From Mustelus asterias (taxonomy: Eukaryota): a stretch of DNA of 64,000 nt. The stretch lies in the NCBI RefSeq assembly GCF_964213995.1, contig NW_027590192.1, positions 1-64,000 of the forward strand, in the 5' to 3' direction. Under the pieces are notes generated by a model. It made no database searches, had not been told where the DNA came from, and saw nothing but the letters and a program-made list of their open reading frames with translations. Positions within the stretch are counted from its first letter, which is position 1; each line of letters begins with the position of its first letter. This document shows positions 1-13,101 of this stretch, piece after piece. The position numbers and the translations under genes were made by a program.

Positions 1-2
1 AA

Positions 3-191
3 GCACATCAGCGCAGTCACACTGGGAAGAGTCTGTTCATCTGCACCGCGTGTGGGAAGAGTTTTAGTCGAATGTTCAACCTTCGCACTCACCAGCGACT
101 TCACACTGGGGAGCGGCCATTCACCTGCTCTGTGTGTATGAAGGGATTCAGCAGTTCATCTCGCCTGCTGAAACACAAGTGTGCTCACTAA
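3..191 (+). CDS. 3' end of a C2H2 zinc-finger gene (5' part outside window); further out-of-frame finger remnants run to ~312
   Basis: Frame from nt 3: [65 protein letters not shown] at 189-191. Confidence 0.8.
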   Translation, partial: AHQRSHTGKSLFICTACGKSFSRMFNLRTHQRLHTGERPFTCSVCMKGFSSSSRLLKHKCAH

Positions 192-1199
192 CTCATCTGA
201 TCTCCTGATACACCAGCGAGTTCACACCGGGGAGAGGCCGTTCACCTGCTCCATGTGTGGGAACAGATTCACTCAGTCACAAAACCTAATGAGACACCAG
301 CGAGTTCACAAGTCTGGAGGCAGATTCCCCAGTTATTGAACAGGTAATCACATCCTGCACTGACCCATGTGCATTCTGATAGCTATGGTGTGTTTCTGCT
401 GCTGTTAATAACTGCTGTAACCAGCTTGAGTTAACAATTCAGGTATTTGTTCAAGTTCAGATGGACTAATGGATCAACCAGGGTCTAATTGAATAACAGA
501 GCAGACTTGAAGGGGTGAACAACCTATTCCATTTCCTGAGTAGTCTCTCCACAGGACTCTCCTACTCTTTAACTCTGCTCCATCGCTGGTTCCTGGTGAA
601 GTGTCTTCTCCCCACTTAAGAACAAAGAAAAGTACAGCACAGGAACAGGCTTTCCATTTATCAGCTGGTGTTTCTGCTGCTGTTAATAACCCTATAACCA
701 GCTGGAGTTAACTGTTCAGCTATTTGTTCTTCAAGTTCAGAAAGACTAATTGATCAGCCAGAGTCTAACTGAATGACAGAGCAGACTCAAAAGGCTGAAT
801 GAGCTACTCCATTTCCTGTGTTGTTTCCCCCCCGGGCCTCTCCCACTCTCTAACTCTGCTCCAGTGCTGGTTTCTGGTGAAGTGTCTTCCCCCCCAGTTC
901 TCCCATCACTTTCCATTCATCAGCTGGTGTTTGAGCCCAAGTTTATTGGGAACAGGAGGAAATCATTTCTCCCCCTTGAGCCTGTTCTCTTATTGACTGG
1001 GGTCACGGCTGATCTGTGACCAAACTCCATTTACCTAGATATTGTTTTAATCCTGACTTCCCCAGTCTGTTACAATGTGATTTAAAAATAACTTTGATTT
1101 ATATCAGACCCTTAATGTAGGAGAGTGTCCCAAGGTGAATCTCAGAAACATCAACTGACAGAATCAGACAGAACGTAACACTGAGGAACACGATAGGAA

Positions 1200-1990
1200 G
1201 GATGTGATTGCACTGGAAAGAGTGCAGAGGAGAGTCACCAGCATGTTGCCTGGGCTGGAGTGTTGGGAAGGCGATTTATTATCTAAATGGGGAGAGACTT
1301 CAGGGTGCTCCAGTGCAGAAGGATCTGGGTGTCCTCGTTCACCAGTCACAGAAAACCAGCATGCAGGTACAGCAGATTATAAAGAAAGTGAATGGAATGT
1401 TGGCGTTTATAGCTAAAGGATTAGAATATAAATGTAAGGAACTATACAAGGCATTGGTGAGGCCGCACCTGGAGTATTGTGCACAGTTTTGGTCCCTTTA
1501 TTTGAGGAAAGTTGTAGTGGCATTGGAGGCAGTTCAGGGGAGGTTCACCAGATTGATTCCAGAGATGACGGGTTTGTCGTATGAAGAGAGAGAGGCCTAT
1601 ACTCTCTGGAATTTAGAAGAATGAGGGGAGATCAAATTGAGGTGTACAAGATGATAAAAGGTATGGATAAAGTAGACGTGGAGTGGATACTTCCTCTTGT
1701 GGGGTATTCTAGGACAAGAGCTTATAGTCTTAGGATAAGGGGCAGCAAATTTAAAACAGAGTTGAGGAGAAACTACTTCTCCCAAAGGGTTGTGAATCTG
1801 GAATTCGCTACCCTGAAGTGCGGTGGATGCTGGGACAGTGAGTAAATTTAAGGAGGAGTTAGACAGATTTTTAATTGGTTATGGGGAGAAGGCAGGAAAA
1901 TGGGAATGAGGAGCATATCAGCCATGGTCGAATGGCAGAGCAGACTCGATGGGCCGAATGGCCTAATTCTGCTCCAATATCTTATGAACT
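1200..1990 (+). mobile_element. 5'-truncated, degenerate CR1 (HER1-like) LINE 3' end
   Basis: ORF fragments [24 protein letters not shown]; CR1 3' UTR gatgggccgaatggcctaattctgctcc. Confidence 0.85.
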
Positions 1991-2489
1991 TAACACAGAC
2001 TTAAATGTATTCAATGACCAAGCCTACTACTTACTGGAGAAGGGATTTCCAAAGACTAATGATCTTCATAGAGAATACGTTTCTCCTCATGGTGTAAACT
2101 GAGACCTCTTATTTTCAACTGTTCCATAATTGGATATTACCCCATGAGGGGAAACATCCTCTCAGAATCTACCCGGTCAAGCTCCCCCAGGATCTAATAT
2201 GCTTCACCAAGATCACCTCTCATTCTTCTGAATTCCAATGGGTAAAGACCCAACCTGTTCCACCTTTCCTCAGAAGCCAAACCCCCTCATCACAGGAGTC
2301 AGCCTAGTGAACATTTTCTCATCTGCTTCCAATGAAAATGTGTCCCAGCTTAAGTAATCCTGAGCCAGAAAGCAGGCAGACACAATGTTGTGAATTTCTA
2401 TCCTGGACTGAGAGTGATGGGTTTTGGAAACTTATTTTACATGGGTTAGAAGGGGAGGATTTACCCACAGCAAACTGCAATCAAGTGAA

Positions 2490-2610
2490 TGTTTAACAAA
2501 AACAAAGTGCTGGAAAATCCCAGCATGTCTGACAGCATCTTTGGAGAGAGAATAGAGCCAACGTTTCGAGTCTGAATGACTGTTTGGAGAACGGTCATCC
2601 AGACTTGAAA
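2490..2610. mobile_element. Penelope-derived miniature element with inverted, degenerate hammerhead halves
   Basis: aaaacaaagtgctggaaaat...gacagcatct...aacgtttcgagtctgaatgac / ggtcatccagacttgaaac; same family at 11640, 13593, 22555, 24495. Confidence 0.5.
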
Positions 2611-3483
2611 CAGTGACAGAGGTGAAAGACCTGATGGACCGAATGGCCGACTCCTAATTCTTGAGGTGAAACATGTCACCATGGTTGTGAACAATCATGT
2701 TCAGCCTCGGACAATTATCAGGGAGAGAGATGGAGTCGGTGGCTGGGGAGTGAAGTTTGTAGCAAAGACTGAAACCAGTGACTTCAGTCTTCCCAATATA
2801 TAAAATATCTGTTCATCCAGGACTGGATGGCAGACAAGTCAGAACAGTGTGTTTAAAGTTTTTTTAAAAAGTTTATCATGTCACGAGTAGGTTTATATTA
2901 ACACTGCGATGAAGTTACTGTGAAAATCCCCAAGTGTGTGAGACTTGAAGGTGAATTTCGAGGTGTTCATTCACACTTGTGATCCTGGTCCTTCCAGGTG
3001 GTGGAAGTTGAGGGTTTGGGAGATTCTGTCAAAGCTCCAGCTGAGTTATAGATGTGTAAAATCCCTCTCCTCCTGCCATCACCAGCACCTCCCCCATCCC
3101 CCCACAACCTCACCTCTTGCATTACTCCCCGTTCTCTCCCACTGTCTTGAACTCTCCTTAAGTAGAGGCCTGAGTCTGTACAGACCCAGACTGGGTGGTA
3201 GGTTCCTTTCCCTGATGGACATTAGTGAATCAGTTGGGTTTTTATGATAATCCAGCACTGTTCATTAGTATCAGACAAATTACCAGATTCATTCAGCTCA
3301 ATTTCACAAGCTGCCTTTGAGTTTTTGTGGGTTCTCTCTCACTTCTGTGTTTTTGTTTTAAATCAATTTCACAGGGTTTTAGAAGAGGAGGATTTACAGT
3401 CAGGAAACTGAAACCAAACATCACACCAGGAGCTGACAGAGGTGTATCATTTATCGTAACTTGAATATCATTGAATATTAAAT

Positions 3484-4521
3484 ATGGAAGGAAAAAGCAC
3501 TGTTCACAGTGAGGAGAAACCATACACGTGTTGTGTGTGTGGACAAGGCTTCAGTCGATCATCCAGCCTGTCGAGACACAAGCACAGTCACACTGGGGAG
3601 AAGCTGTGGAAATGTGGGGATTGTGGGAAAGCGTTTAGTTATCCATCTGACCTGGAAACTCATCGACGCAGTCACACTGGGGAGAGACCATTCACCTGCC
3701 CTCAGTGTGGGAAGGGATTCACTCAGTCATCCAGTCTGCTAAAACACCAGCGAGATCACAATGGGGAGAGACCATTCACATGTTCTGAGCGTGGGAAGGG
3801 ATTCACTCAGTTATCCAATCTGTTAGGACACCAACGTGGTCACACTGGGGAAAGGCCATTCACCTGCTCTGTGTGTTGGAAGGGATTCACTCAGTCATCC
3901 CACCTGATGACACATCAGCGAATTCACACTGGAGAGAGATCATTTACCTGCTCCGAGTGTGGGAATGGATTCATTCAGTTATCTGATCTGCTGAAACACC
4001 AGCGAATCCACACTGGGGAGAAACCATTTACCTGCTCTGTGTGTGGGAAGGGATTCACTCAGTCATCTCACCTACTGAAACATCAGCGAGTTCACACTGA
4101 TGAGAGACCTTTTAAATGCCTGAACTGTGAGAAGTGCTTTAAAAGTTCTGTGGAACTGACATCCCATCAACGGGTTCACTCTGACGAGAGACCATTTAAA
4201 TGCCTGGATTGTGGGAAGTGCTTTAAAAGTTCTGGGGAACTGGTGACCCATCAACGTATTCACACTGACGAGAGACCGTTCAGATGCTCTCGTTGTGGGA
4301 CTGGATTCAGGAAATCATCTCAGCTCACCGTACACCAAAGAATTCACACTGGGGAGAGGCCGCTCGGCTGCTCGGAGTGTGGGAAGGGATTCAGTGATTC
4401 ATCCAGTCTGCTGAAACACTGGCGAGTTCACACCGGGGAGAAACCGTTCACCTGCTCTGTGTGTGGGAAGGGATTCACTCAGTCATCCCATCTGCTGAGA
4501 CACCAGCGCGGTCACAAGTAA
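3484..4521 (+). CDS. C2H2 zinc-finger protein, 12 fingers (finger 4 lacks second Cys), no effector domain
   Basis: 345-aa ORF with tandem CxxC..HxxxH and TGERP linkers; acceptor tttcacag at ~3374; AATAAA at 4597 and 4645. Confidence 0.9.
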   Translation: MEGKSTVHSEEKPYTCCVCGQGFSRSSSLSRHKHSHTGEKLWKCGDCGKAFSYPSDLETHRRSHTGERPFTCPQCGKGFTQSSSLLKHQRDHNGERPFTCSERGKGFTQLSNLLGHQRGHTGERPFTCSVCWKGFTQSSHLMTHQRIHTGERSFTCSECGNGFIQLSDLLKHQRIHTGEKPFTCSVCGKGFTQSSHLLKHQRVHTDERPFKCLNCEKCFKSSVELTSHQRVHSDERPFKCLDCGKCFKSSGELVTHQRIHTDERPFRCSRCGTGFRKSSQLTVHQRIHTGERPLGCSECGKGFSDSSSLLKHWRVHTGEKPFTCSVCGKGFTQSSHLLRHQRGHK

Positions 4522-5079
4522 TGACAATGATTGGGTTTGCTGTTAATCACCTGCAGGATTGAATATCATTCACTGGAGTCTGGTCCTGCTGATGTTAATA
4601 AACACCAGGCCGGTTATAGGTGTAAATATTCTGGATAAGAGTCAAATAAATCAGCTTTGTGTTAAACACAGTGTCTTGCGTCTTTTAAATACTGCTAACA
4701 GAAGTTAATTCCTTTTGAAGGGTTCTCCCTCTCCCCATCTCTGCCATTCTCACCTCCAACAAGTGTGAGGAGCTCCATCGCAGTTTATTTTTTACAGGTC
4801 AGTAGCTGTGAGACAGGCTCCGCAGCAGCTGTCCCCCTGAGGGAGCGTATTGGAAATGCCAACAGCACCCTCGCTTTCCTCAGTGCCCGTCCCCTTCCCT
4901 CCCTCCCTACCCGGCAGCACTGAGCCTTTCCCAGTGCACGTTTCACACTGACTGCCCGTTAATCAGCCAGCCAGCATGAGATCACTTTCCGGGGCCGATT
5001 TCCAGGGCTGATTACACCCACTTCCAGGCACTCCCATGTGAGTGTGCCCAACGGATGAAAAATTCAGGCCTTGCTGTCA

Positions 5080-5480
5080 GATTTAACAACAGGATGAGTT
5101 TCTGACCACATATCCATCCCATCACTGATACCAAATATTTCAATCTCCAAAATGTCCACAGTCTCCACCCCACTCCATCTGTTACCTTTAGTCTTGATGA
5201 TTCCAATATATTTCTGAGCAGCCTCTCACATTCACCCCACTCCCCACATAGAAATGTGAGATCATCCAAAACTCTGCCGCCCGTCTGCTTTCTCACACCA
5301 AATCCTATTCATCCAAATCCTATTCATCCAAATCCTATTCATCCAAATCCTATTCATCCATAAAGCCTACATCGGCTTTAAGTCAAGTCATGTTTCAATT
5401 TTAAAATTCACATCCTTATTTTCAAATTCCTCCATGACCTTATCCCTCCCTATCTCAGTAATCTCCAATTTCACAATTCT
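5080..5480 (+). mobile_element. old L2-like LINE 3' ORF fragment containing a (ccaaatcctattcat)x4 tandem repeat at ~5298-5360
   Basis: Decayed resemblance to L2 C-terminal motifs (catccaaaactctgccgcccgt = IQNSAAR). Confidence 0.45.
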
Positions 5481-5486
5481 CTGAAA

Positions 5487-6030
5487 TCATAGAATCCTTT
5501 CAGTGCAGAAGGAGGCCATTTGGCCCATCAGGTCTGCACTGATAACAATCCCACGCAGGCCTAATCCTTGTAACCTCATATAATCCCCCTGACACACAGG
5601 GCAATCCCATCCAGACCTGTCCCATAACCCCAAGTATTTACCCTGCTCATCCCCCTAACCTACAACTAGGAGACACAGCCTCAAAATAAGGGAAGCAGAT
5701 TTAGGACTGAGTTGAGGAGGAACTTCTTCACAGAAAGGGTTGTGAATCTGTGGAATTCCCTGCCCAGTGAAGCAGTTGAGGCTGCCTCATTGAATGTTTT
5801 TAAGGCAAGGATAGATAGATTTTTGAACAGTAAAGTGCAGGTTTCCTCCGGGTGCTCCAGTTTCCTCCCACAGTCAAAAAGACGTGCTGGTTGGGTACAT
5901 TGGCCATGCGAAATTCTCCCTCAGTTTACTCAAACAGGCGCCAGATTGTGGCGACTGGGGTATTTTCAGAGTAACTTCATTGCAATGTTAATGTAAGCCT
6001 ATGTGTGACACTAATAAACAAACTATAAAC
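5487..6030. mobile_element. cluster of HE1-like SINE pieces (- then +) around a short CR1 3' fragment (~5670-5833)
   Basis: atcatagaatcc tail and ggccatttggcccatc; RRNFFTERVVNLWNSLP; gtttcctccgggtgctccagtttcctcccacagtc SINE core. Confidence 0.7.
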
Positions 6031-6684
6031 AAAGTTAACTTTTAAAAACTTCTACCAAATTGGTTTCTCGAATCCCCCTTTTTATACTTTCAAAATGTAG
6101 AAAGCCATCCTCAGCTAATTGTTGGGAATTAGCCAATTGGTCGATAACTTGTCAATAATGACATTGGTTTGGTTTTTAGCTAATTGCACACGTTGTCTTA
6201 ATTTTAAGACAATTCTTTCTCTCAAACGATATCTCTTAGCTTGGGGTAGCCTGAGTGTCAACCAATAATTGGTTCACATCAGTCATTCAATGTTGAGACA
6301 TCTTGAACAGGAGCCGATTCATTCCCTCCAGTCAAGGTTAACAAGTCCTTTCATCTTTCTTTATTCTGTCAGCATGAGAAGGGAACATCTGATAATTCCC
6401 ACAGCATTTTAACCATTCTTAATGTGTTTATAATTCTAAAAGTTATAAACTTGTGTTCAAATTTACATTTCCAGCCTTCATAACATATATATTAATGAAT
6501 CATTTATTATTTAATTGTCTTACAATTAATGCTGTCTATTTAACTAATCTGGCTGCTTTCCAATTGTGGGAACTTCAGGCCACAAAAAAGGTAGTTAGAG
6601 TCATAGAGGTTTACAGCATGAAAACAGGCCCTTCGGCCCAACTTGTCCATGCCGCCCAGTTTTTACCACTAAGCTAGTCCTAAT

Positions 6685-6850
6685 TGCCCTGTAATATTAC
6701 TCATGATCTGTGCTTCCAAGCATTTTGAATGCGCATCTACAACAAGCAAACACATGTGATTCATGAAAGGCCCCCCAAAGGCCACATGTAGTCTGGACCA
6801 CGGCCTATCAGGCCACTCCCAAGGATGAAGTGGTAATGTACCCAGTGTGT
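6685..6850 (-). mobile_element. Gypsy/Ty3-type integrase fragment
   Basis: PLHPWEWPDRPWSRLHVAFGGPFMNHMCLLVVDAHSKCLE matches the Gypsy integrase core N-terminus; first catalytic Asp changed to Ala. Confidence 0.8.
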
Positions 6851-8300
6851 TGGGGTGAATGAACTCAGAAGAATCATTCAACACTTAAACCTGATTCAAC
6901 AAATAGTTTATTGAGTTACGCCAGCGGGGAGAAGCCACAGGGGCTGACCATGTGTAACTCCATCCAACAAAGAAAATAATCAATTCTTATCCAGTTACTC
7001 AGCTCATCCCGGCTGGACACAATCCAATCAGAATGGTGATAGATTACACACATTACAGAAAGGTCCAATGAAATTAGTATTTGGACATCATGGGGCTTTG
7101 TGATCATCTCATGAACAGATAGGTGCCCCCATCATGATGTTTTCCAGAACCCCTTATCTACCATCCTTGGGGTTTTCTTTGTACATAGACTGAGTTTGAA
7201 AAGGGGTGGATTAAAAGTTTTCAAATGGATGTCAGCACTCTTCCTTTGTTCCAACCTAACGACCACACGGTCTGGGAATCATTTCTATTTAATAATCTCT
7301 CCTTTTAAACTCTTTTCTTCAGTATCCAATTCCAGAATTTTCCTTTTCATTGTGTTAATTGTGTCTTTGGACCTGACAGGAAGTTTAACCCAAGATCAAT
7401 CCAACACAGGATTGGTCAGAATCATTTCACATGTCCCAAATTTTAAATAACCATTACAAATTAAAACTCATTCTCATGAGTGAATTGTATCCGGATTAAA
7501 ATTCCCGCATGTTTAGTGAAATATCCTGGAATCCTGTCTCTGTCCAGTAAATATGGCTCCAAGTTCATAACTTTTGAAAAAAAAGCTTTATTAATTACAC
7601 TTCCTTTTTAAAAATCTGTTTGATTTAAATCACAGACAGAAAACCTCAAAGCTTAAAGCGTTCAACCCACAAATATCATCCATACACAAACAGAGAAACT
7701 TAGCATGTGCTTTACAACAACAATAACCAAAATTAATTACTTAAGCGTTCTTGTGATCCTGTTTTTAAACTCCCAAAAATGCCTTTAATTAAAGACTCAA
7801 GGTAAGGTTAATTCCCCAGAAAGATAAACCTTAACAAATGTAGCCCAAAACAATGATAAAACACATCTACAAACATCCACATAAAACAAACAAAACACAC
7901 AGATTCTCACAGCTCGTAAATTTCAAACAATGAATCCTCAGCATTCTCTCTCGCAGCTGTAGCTTCTTAAAGCGACAGAGCACTACAAACTCACAACTCC
8001 TTGATTAAAATAAGATGCAAGATCCTTCATTGTAACTTAACCCTTTTTCAGCCAACTTCCAAGGCCTGATTTTATCGGCAACATCTAATCTTTGTTGATT
8101 TAAAATCCCAAACACGTTACCACCTGCAAACTCTTTGTTCTTTATCTGGGGTTGAGGTGACAACACAATAAAATTCTCATAGTTATTCCAAATTCCTCCA
8201 GGCTACGCTTAAAATTTCCACATTTAACTGGCTCCAATAAATCCACAATTATAAACTAAAATAGACACGAGTTTCTGGGCGATTTAAAAACAAGTTAAAA
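6850..8300 (-). mobile_element. possible decayed LTR-element/ERV leader-gag region
   Basis: Strong strand-biased composition next to the integrase fragment; no clean motif. Confidence 0.25.
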
Positions 8301-8304
8301 ACAA

Positions 8305-11246
8305 GATGCCAGAGGAAAGACAGAACAGGAGGAAAGAAAGGAGGGGGAGTTGCACTTTTGATTCAGGAAAACATCACGGCAGTACTGAGAGGGGATATAT
8401 CCGAGGGTTCGCCTACTGAGTCAAAAGGGGTGAACTGAGAAAGAAGAAGGGGGAAATCACTTTGATAGGGTTGTACTATAGGCCCCCAAATAGTCGGTGG
8501 AAAATTGAGGAGCAAATATGTAAGGAGATTACAGATAGTTCCAAGAAAAATAGGGTGGTAATAGTCGGGGATTTTAACTTTCCCAACATTGACTGGGACA
8601 GACATAGTATTCGAGGCTTGGATGGGGAGAAATTTGTTGAGTGTATTCAGGAGGAATTTTTTATTCAGTATGTGGATGGCCCGACTAGAGAGGGGCAAAA
8701 CCTGACCTCCTCTTGGGAAATAAGGAAGGGCAGGTGACAAAAGTGTTCGTGAGGGATCACTTTGGGACCAGTGACCATAATTCCATCAGTTTTAAGATAC
8801 CTATGGAAAATGATTGGTCAGGTCCAAAAGTTAAAATTCTAAATTAGGGCAAGGCCAATGTTGATGGTATCAGGCAGGAACTTTCGACAGTTAACTGGGA
8901 GAGTCTGTGGGAAGGCAAAGGGACGTCTGGTAAGTGGGAGGCTTTCAAAAGTGTTTTAACCAGGGTTCAGTGTAAGCACATTGCTCTTAGAGTGATGGGC
9001 AAGGCTGGTAGAAGTCGAGAACCCTGGTTGACTCAAGATATTGAGGCCCTGGTCAAGAAGAAGAAGGAGGCACATGACATGCATAGGCAGCTGGGATCAA
9101 GTGGATCCCTTGAAGAGTATAGAGGGTGTAGGAGTAGAATTAAGAGAGAAATCAGGAGGACAAAAAGGGGACACGAGATTGTTTTGGCAGATGAGGCAAA
9201 GGAGAATCCAAAGAGGTTCTATAAATACATAAAGGGCCAAAGAGTAACTCGGGAGAGAGTAGGGCCTCTTAAGGATCAACAAGGACATCTATGTGCCGAT
9301 CCACAAGAGATGGGTGAGATCATAAATGAATATTTTTCATCATTATTTATTGTTGAGAAAAGCATGGATGTTAGGGAACTTGGGGAAATAAAGTGATGTC
9401 TTGAGGAGTGTACTTATAACAGAGAAGGAGGTGCTGGAAGTCATAAAGCGCATCAAGGTAGATAAATCCCCGGGACCTGATGAAGTGTATCCCAGAACAC
9501 TGTGGGAGGCTAGAGAGGAAATTGCGGGTCTCCGAGCAGAGATATTTGAATCATTGATAGTCACAGGTGAGGTGCCTGAAGATTGGAGGGTGGCAAATGT
9601 TGAGCCTTTGTTTAAAAAGGGCTGCAGGCAAAAGCCTGGGAACTACAGGCCGGTGTGATTCACATCTGTAAGTTGTCAGAAGGTATTTGAGAGACAGGAT
9701 CTACAGGCATTTAGAGATGCAGGGACTGATTAGGGACGGTCAGCATGGCTTTGTGAGTGGAAAATCATGTCTCACAAATTTGATTGAGTTTTTTGAAGGG
9801 GTAACCAAGAAGGTAGATGAGGGCAGTACAGGTGATGCTGTCTACATGGACTTTAGCAAGGCCTTTGACAAGGTACCGCATGGTAGATTGTTGCTTAAGG
9901 TTAAATCTAATGGAATCCAGGGTGAGTTCGCCAAATGGATACAAAACTGGCTTGATGACAGAAGACAGAGGGTGGTTGTAGAAGGTTGTTTTTCAAACTG
10001 GAGCCTGTGACCAGCGGTGTGCCTCAAGGATCGGTGCTGGGTCCACTGTTATTTGTCATTTATATTAATGATTTGGATGAGAATGTAGGAGGCATGGTAA
10101 GTAAGTTTTCAGATGACACCAAGGTTGGTGGTATCGTGGACAGTGAAGAAGGTTATCTAGGATTGTAGCATGATCTTGTTGGGACGTCTTGTTGAAGTTG
10201 TACAAGACATAGGTAAGGCCACACTTGGAATACTGTGTACAGTTCTGGTCACCCTATTATAGAAAGCATATTATTAAACTGGAAAGAGTGCAGAAAAGAT
10301 TTACTCGGATGCTACCGGGACTTGGTGGTTTGAGTTATAAAGAGAGGCTGGATAGACTGGGACTTTTTTCCCTGGAATGTAGGAGGCTGAGGGGTGAACT
10401 TATAGAGGTCTATAAAATAATGAGGGGCCAGTGGACTGACAAATGGCAGATGGAGTTTAATTCAGATAAATGCGAGGTGATACATTTTGGGCGATCGAAC
10501 CAGGGCAGGACTTACTCAGTTAATGGTAGTGTGTTGGGGAGAGTTACAGAACAGAGATCTAGGGGTACAGGTTCATAGCTCCTTGAAAATGGAGTTGCAG
10601 GTGGACAGAGTGGTGAAGAAGGCATTCTGCATGTTGGTCAGAACATTGAATACAGGAGTTGGGACGTCTTGTTGAAGTTGTACAAGACATTGGTAAGGCC
10701 ACACTTGGAATACTGTGTACAGTTCTGGTCACCCTATTATAGAAAGCATATTATTAAACCAGAAAGAGTGCAGAAAAGATTTACTGGGATGCTACCGGGA
10801 CTTGGTGGTTTGAGTTATAAAGAGAGGCTGGATAGACTGGGATTTTTTTCCCTGGAATGTAGGAGGCTTTGTAGTGATCTTATAGAGGTCTATAAAATAA
10901 TGAGGGGCATAGATCAGCGAGATAGTCAACATCTTTTCCCAAAGGTAGGGGAGTCTAAAACTAGAGGGCATAGGTTTAAGGTGAGAGGGGAGAGACACAG
11001 AAGGATCCAGAGGGGCATTTGTTTCACACAGAGGGTGGTGAGTGTCTGAAAAAAGGTGCCAGAGCTAGTAGTAGAGGCGGGTACAATTTTGTCTTTTAAA
11101 AAGCGTTTAGACAGTTACATGGGTAAGATGGGTGTCGAGGGATATGGGCCAAACGTGGGCAATTGGGACTAGCACAGGGGTTAAAAAAGGGGCGGCATGG
11201 ACAAGTTGGGCAGAAGGGCCCGTTTCCAAGCTGGAAACCTCTATCA
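8305..11246 (+). mobile_element. 5'-truncated CR1 LINE ORF2 (endonuclease + RT), frameshifted, with an internal 250-bp duplication
   Basis: [44 protein letters not shown] in broken frames; 3' UTR to ~11246. Confidence 0.95.
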
Positions 11247-11639
11247 CTAAATGAACTGTCTGCTGAAAGGGTTAACTTTTCTACAGAATCTAAAGGGGTG
11301 GGGAGTGAGCAGAAAACACTTGGCACACAATTACATCACTTTACATAATTTTTAAAAACTTGTCCAACAACAAAATAAAGTTGATTTTAAACTTAATCTA
11401 TTAATTCTTTTGTTCTCTTCCTCAACCTAATTATTTTTATTTGATCAGTTTTTGTTAGGGATAGGTAACTTCCGTTCTTTATAGACTGGTTCACTGGTTT
11501 TGTTGATTCTACATGGGCTCGGAGAATCAGAACCCAGACTTTATCATCCTTATCCTTTTTCTCCCTTTGCCACCACTCCCTCTGTTTTGCGGGAGGGTCG
11601 TGGGGATTCCACTCAGACCAAATCAAATTATCAGATAAG

Positions 11640-11810
11640 TAAAATACTGCGGATGCTGGAATCTGAAACAAAAACAGAAAATGCTGGAAAATCTCAGCGG
11701 GTCTGACAGCATCTGTGAAGAATGGAGCCAAAGTTTCGATAATGGATGACCCTTCATAACAGCTCTTATGAAGCATCATTCAGACTCAAAATGTTGGCTC
11801 TGTTCTCTAA
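11640..11810. mobile_element. Penelope-derived miniature element, palindromic, two back-to-back degenerate hammerheads
   Basis: aaaatactgcggatgctggaatctgaaacaaaaacagaaaatgctgg; inverted arms centred on AGCT at 11761-11764. Confidence 0.55.
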
Positions 11811-11842
11811 TCATTTTATCGATACATTTCTTGTTCTTAGTT

Positions 11843-12115
11843 TTAGGTTTAAAGTGAGAGGAGAGAGATACAAAAGGGTCCAGAGGGGCAGTTTTTCACT
11901 CAGGTCGTGGTGAGTGTCTGGAATGAGTTGCCAGAGGCAGTGGTAGAGGTGGGTGCAATTCTGTCTTTTAAAAAGCATTTAGACAGTTACATGGTAAGAT
12001 GGGTACAGAGGGATATGGGCCAAATACGGGCAATTGGGACTTGCTTAGTGGTAAAAACTGAGCGGCATGGACAAGTTGGGCCGAAGGGCCTGTTTCCATG
12101 TTGTAAACCTCTATA
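11843..12115 (+). mobile_element. CR1 3' end fragment
   Basis: Closely similar to 10970-11246. Confidence 0.85.
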
Positions 12116-12342
12116 ACTTCCTAACACCCTGTCACTCTGTGATCCTTGTGAAATCTGAAACCAGGTATTTGCAACAAGACTCAAAGAGCATCAGCCCACT
12201 GGAGGCAAAGTCATGAGACCGGCCAGTCCAGCAGAAAGAAACCCCCCGACCCTCCCCATTGACCAACTGTGAGAACGAACAAAATGCAGTCCTGGATGTA
12301 ATTGAGAGCAGAAACAATAACAGCAGAATCCAACCCCTGGAA

Positions 12343-13101
12343 TCACTCGTGAACTTCTTGGTGTCTCAGCAGGTGGGATGAAACTCTGAATCCCTTCCCA
12401 CACTGAGAGCAGGTGAATGGTCTCTCCCCAGTGTGAATGCGCTGGTGTCTCTGCAAGTTGGATGACTGAGTGAATCCCTCCCCACACTGAGAGCAGGTGA
12501 ACGGCCTCTCCCCTGTGTGAACTCGCTGGTGTGTCTGCAGGTCAGATGAGTTAGTGAATCCCTTCCCACACTCAGAGCAGATGAATGGTTTCTCCCCTGT
12601 GTGAACTCGCTGGTGTGTCTGCAGGTCAGATGAGTTAGTGAATCCCTTCCCACACTCAGAGCAGGTGAATGGTTTCTCCCCAGTGTGAACTTGTTCGTGT
12701 GTCTGCAGGCTGGATAACTGAGTGAATCCCTTCCCACACTGAGAGCAGGTGAACGGTCTCTCCCCAGTGTGAACGCGTTCGTGTGTCTGCAGGCTGGATA
12801 ACTGAGTGAATCCCTTCCTACACTGAGAGCAGGTGAACGGTCTCTCCCCAGTGTGAACTCGCTGGTGTCTCTGGAGGTCGGATAACTGACTGAATCCCTT
12901 CCCACATTGAGAGCAGGTAAATGGCCTCTCTCCAGTGTGAACTCGCTGGTGTCTCTGCAGGAGGGATAACCGAGTGAATCCCTTCCCACACTGAGAGCAG
13001 GTGAATGGCCTCTCCCCAGTGTGGTTGCGCCGATGAACTTCCAGCTTAGATGGGGCTCTGTATCCCTTCCCACAATCCGCACATTTCCATGGTTTCTCCA
13101 T
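12343..13101 (-). CDS. C2H2 zinc-finger protein, 9 fingers, starting MEKPWKC
   Basis: Open ORF; ATG at 13099-13101 (atcATGG; another in-frame Met 5 codons upstream); acceptor ttttccag at ~13453; fossil fingers 13110-13340. Confidence 0.9.
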   Translation of the reverse strand: MEKPWKCADCGKGYRAPSKLEVHRRNHTGERPFTCSQCGKGFTRLSLLQRHQRVHTGERPFTCSQCGKGFSQLSDLQRHQRVHTGERPFTCSQCRKGFTQLSSLQTHERVHTGERPFTCSQCGKGFTQLSSLQTHEQVHTGEKPFTCSECGKGFTNSSDLQTHQRVHTGEKPFICSECGKGFTNSSDLQTHQRVHTGERPFTCSQCGEGFTQSSNLQRHQRIHTGERPFTCSQCGKGFRVSSHLLRHQEVHE

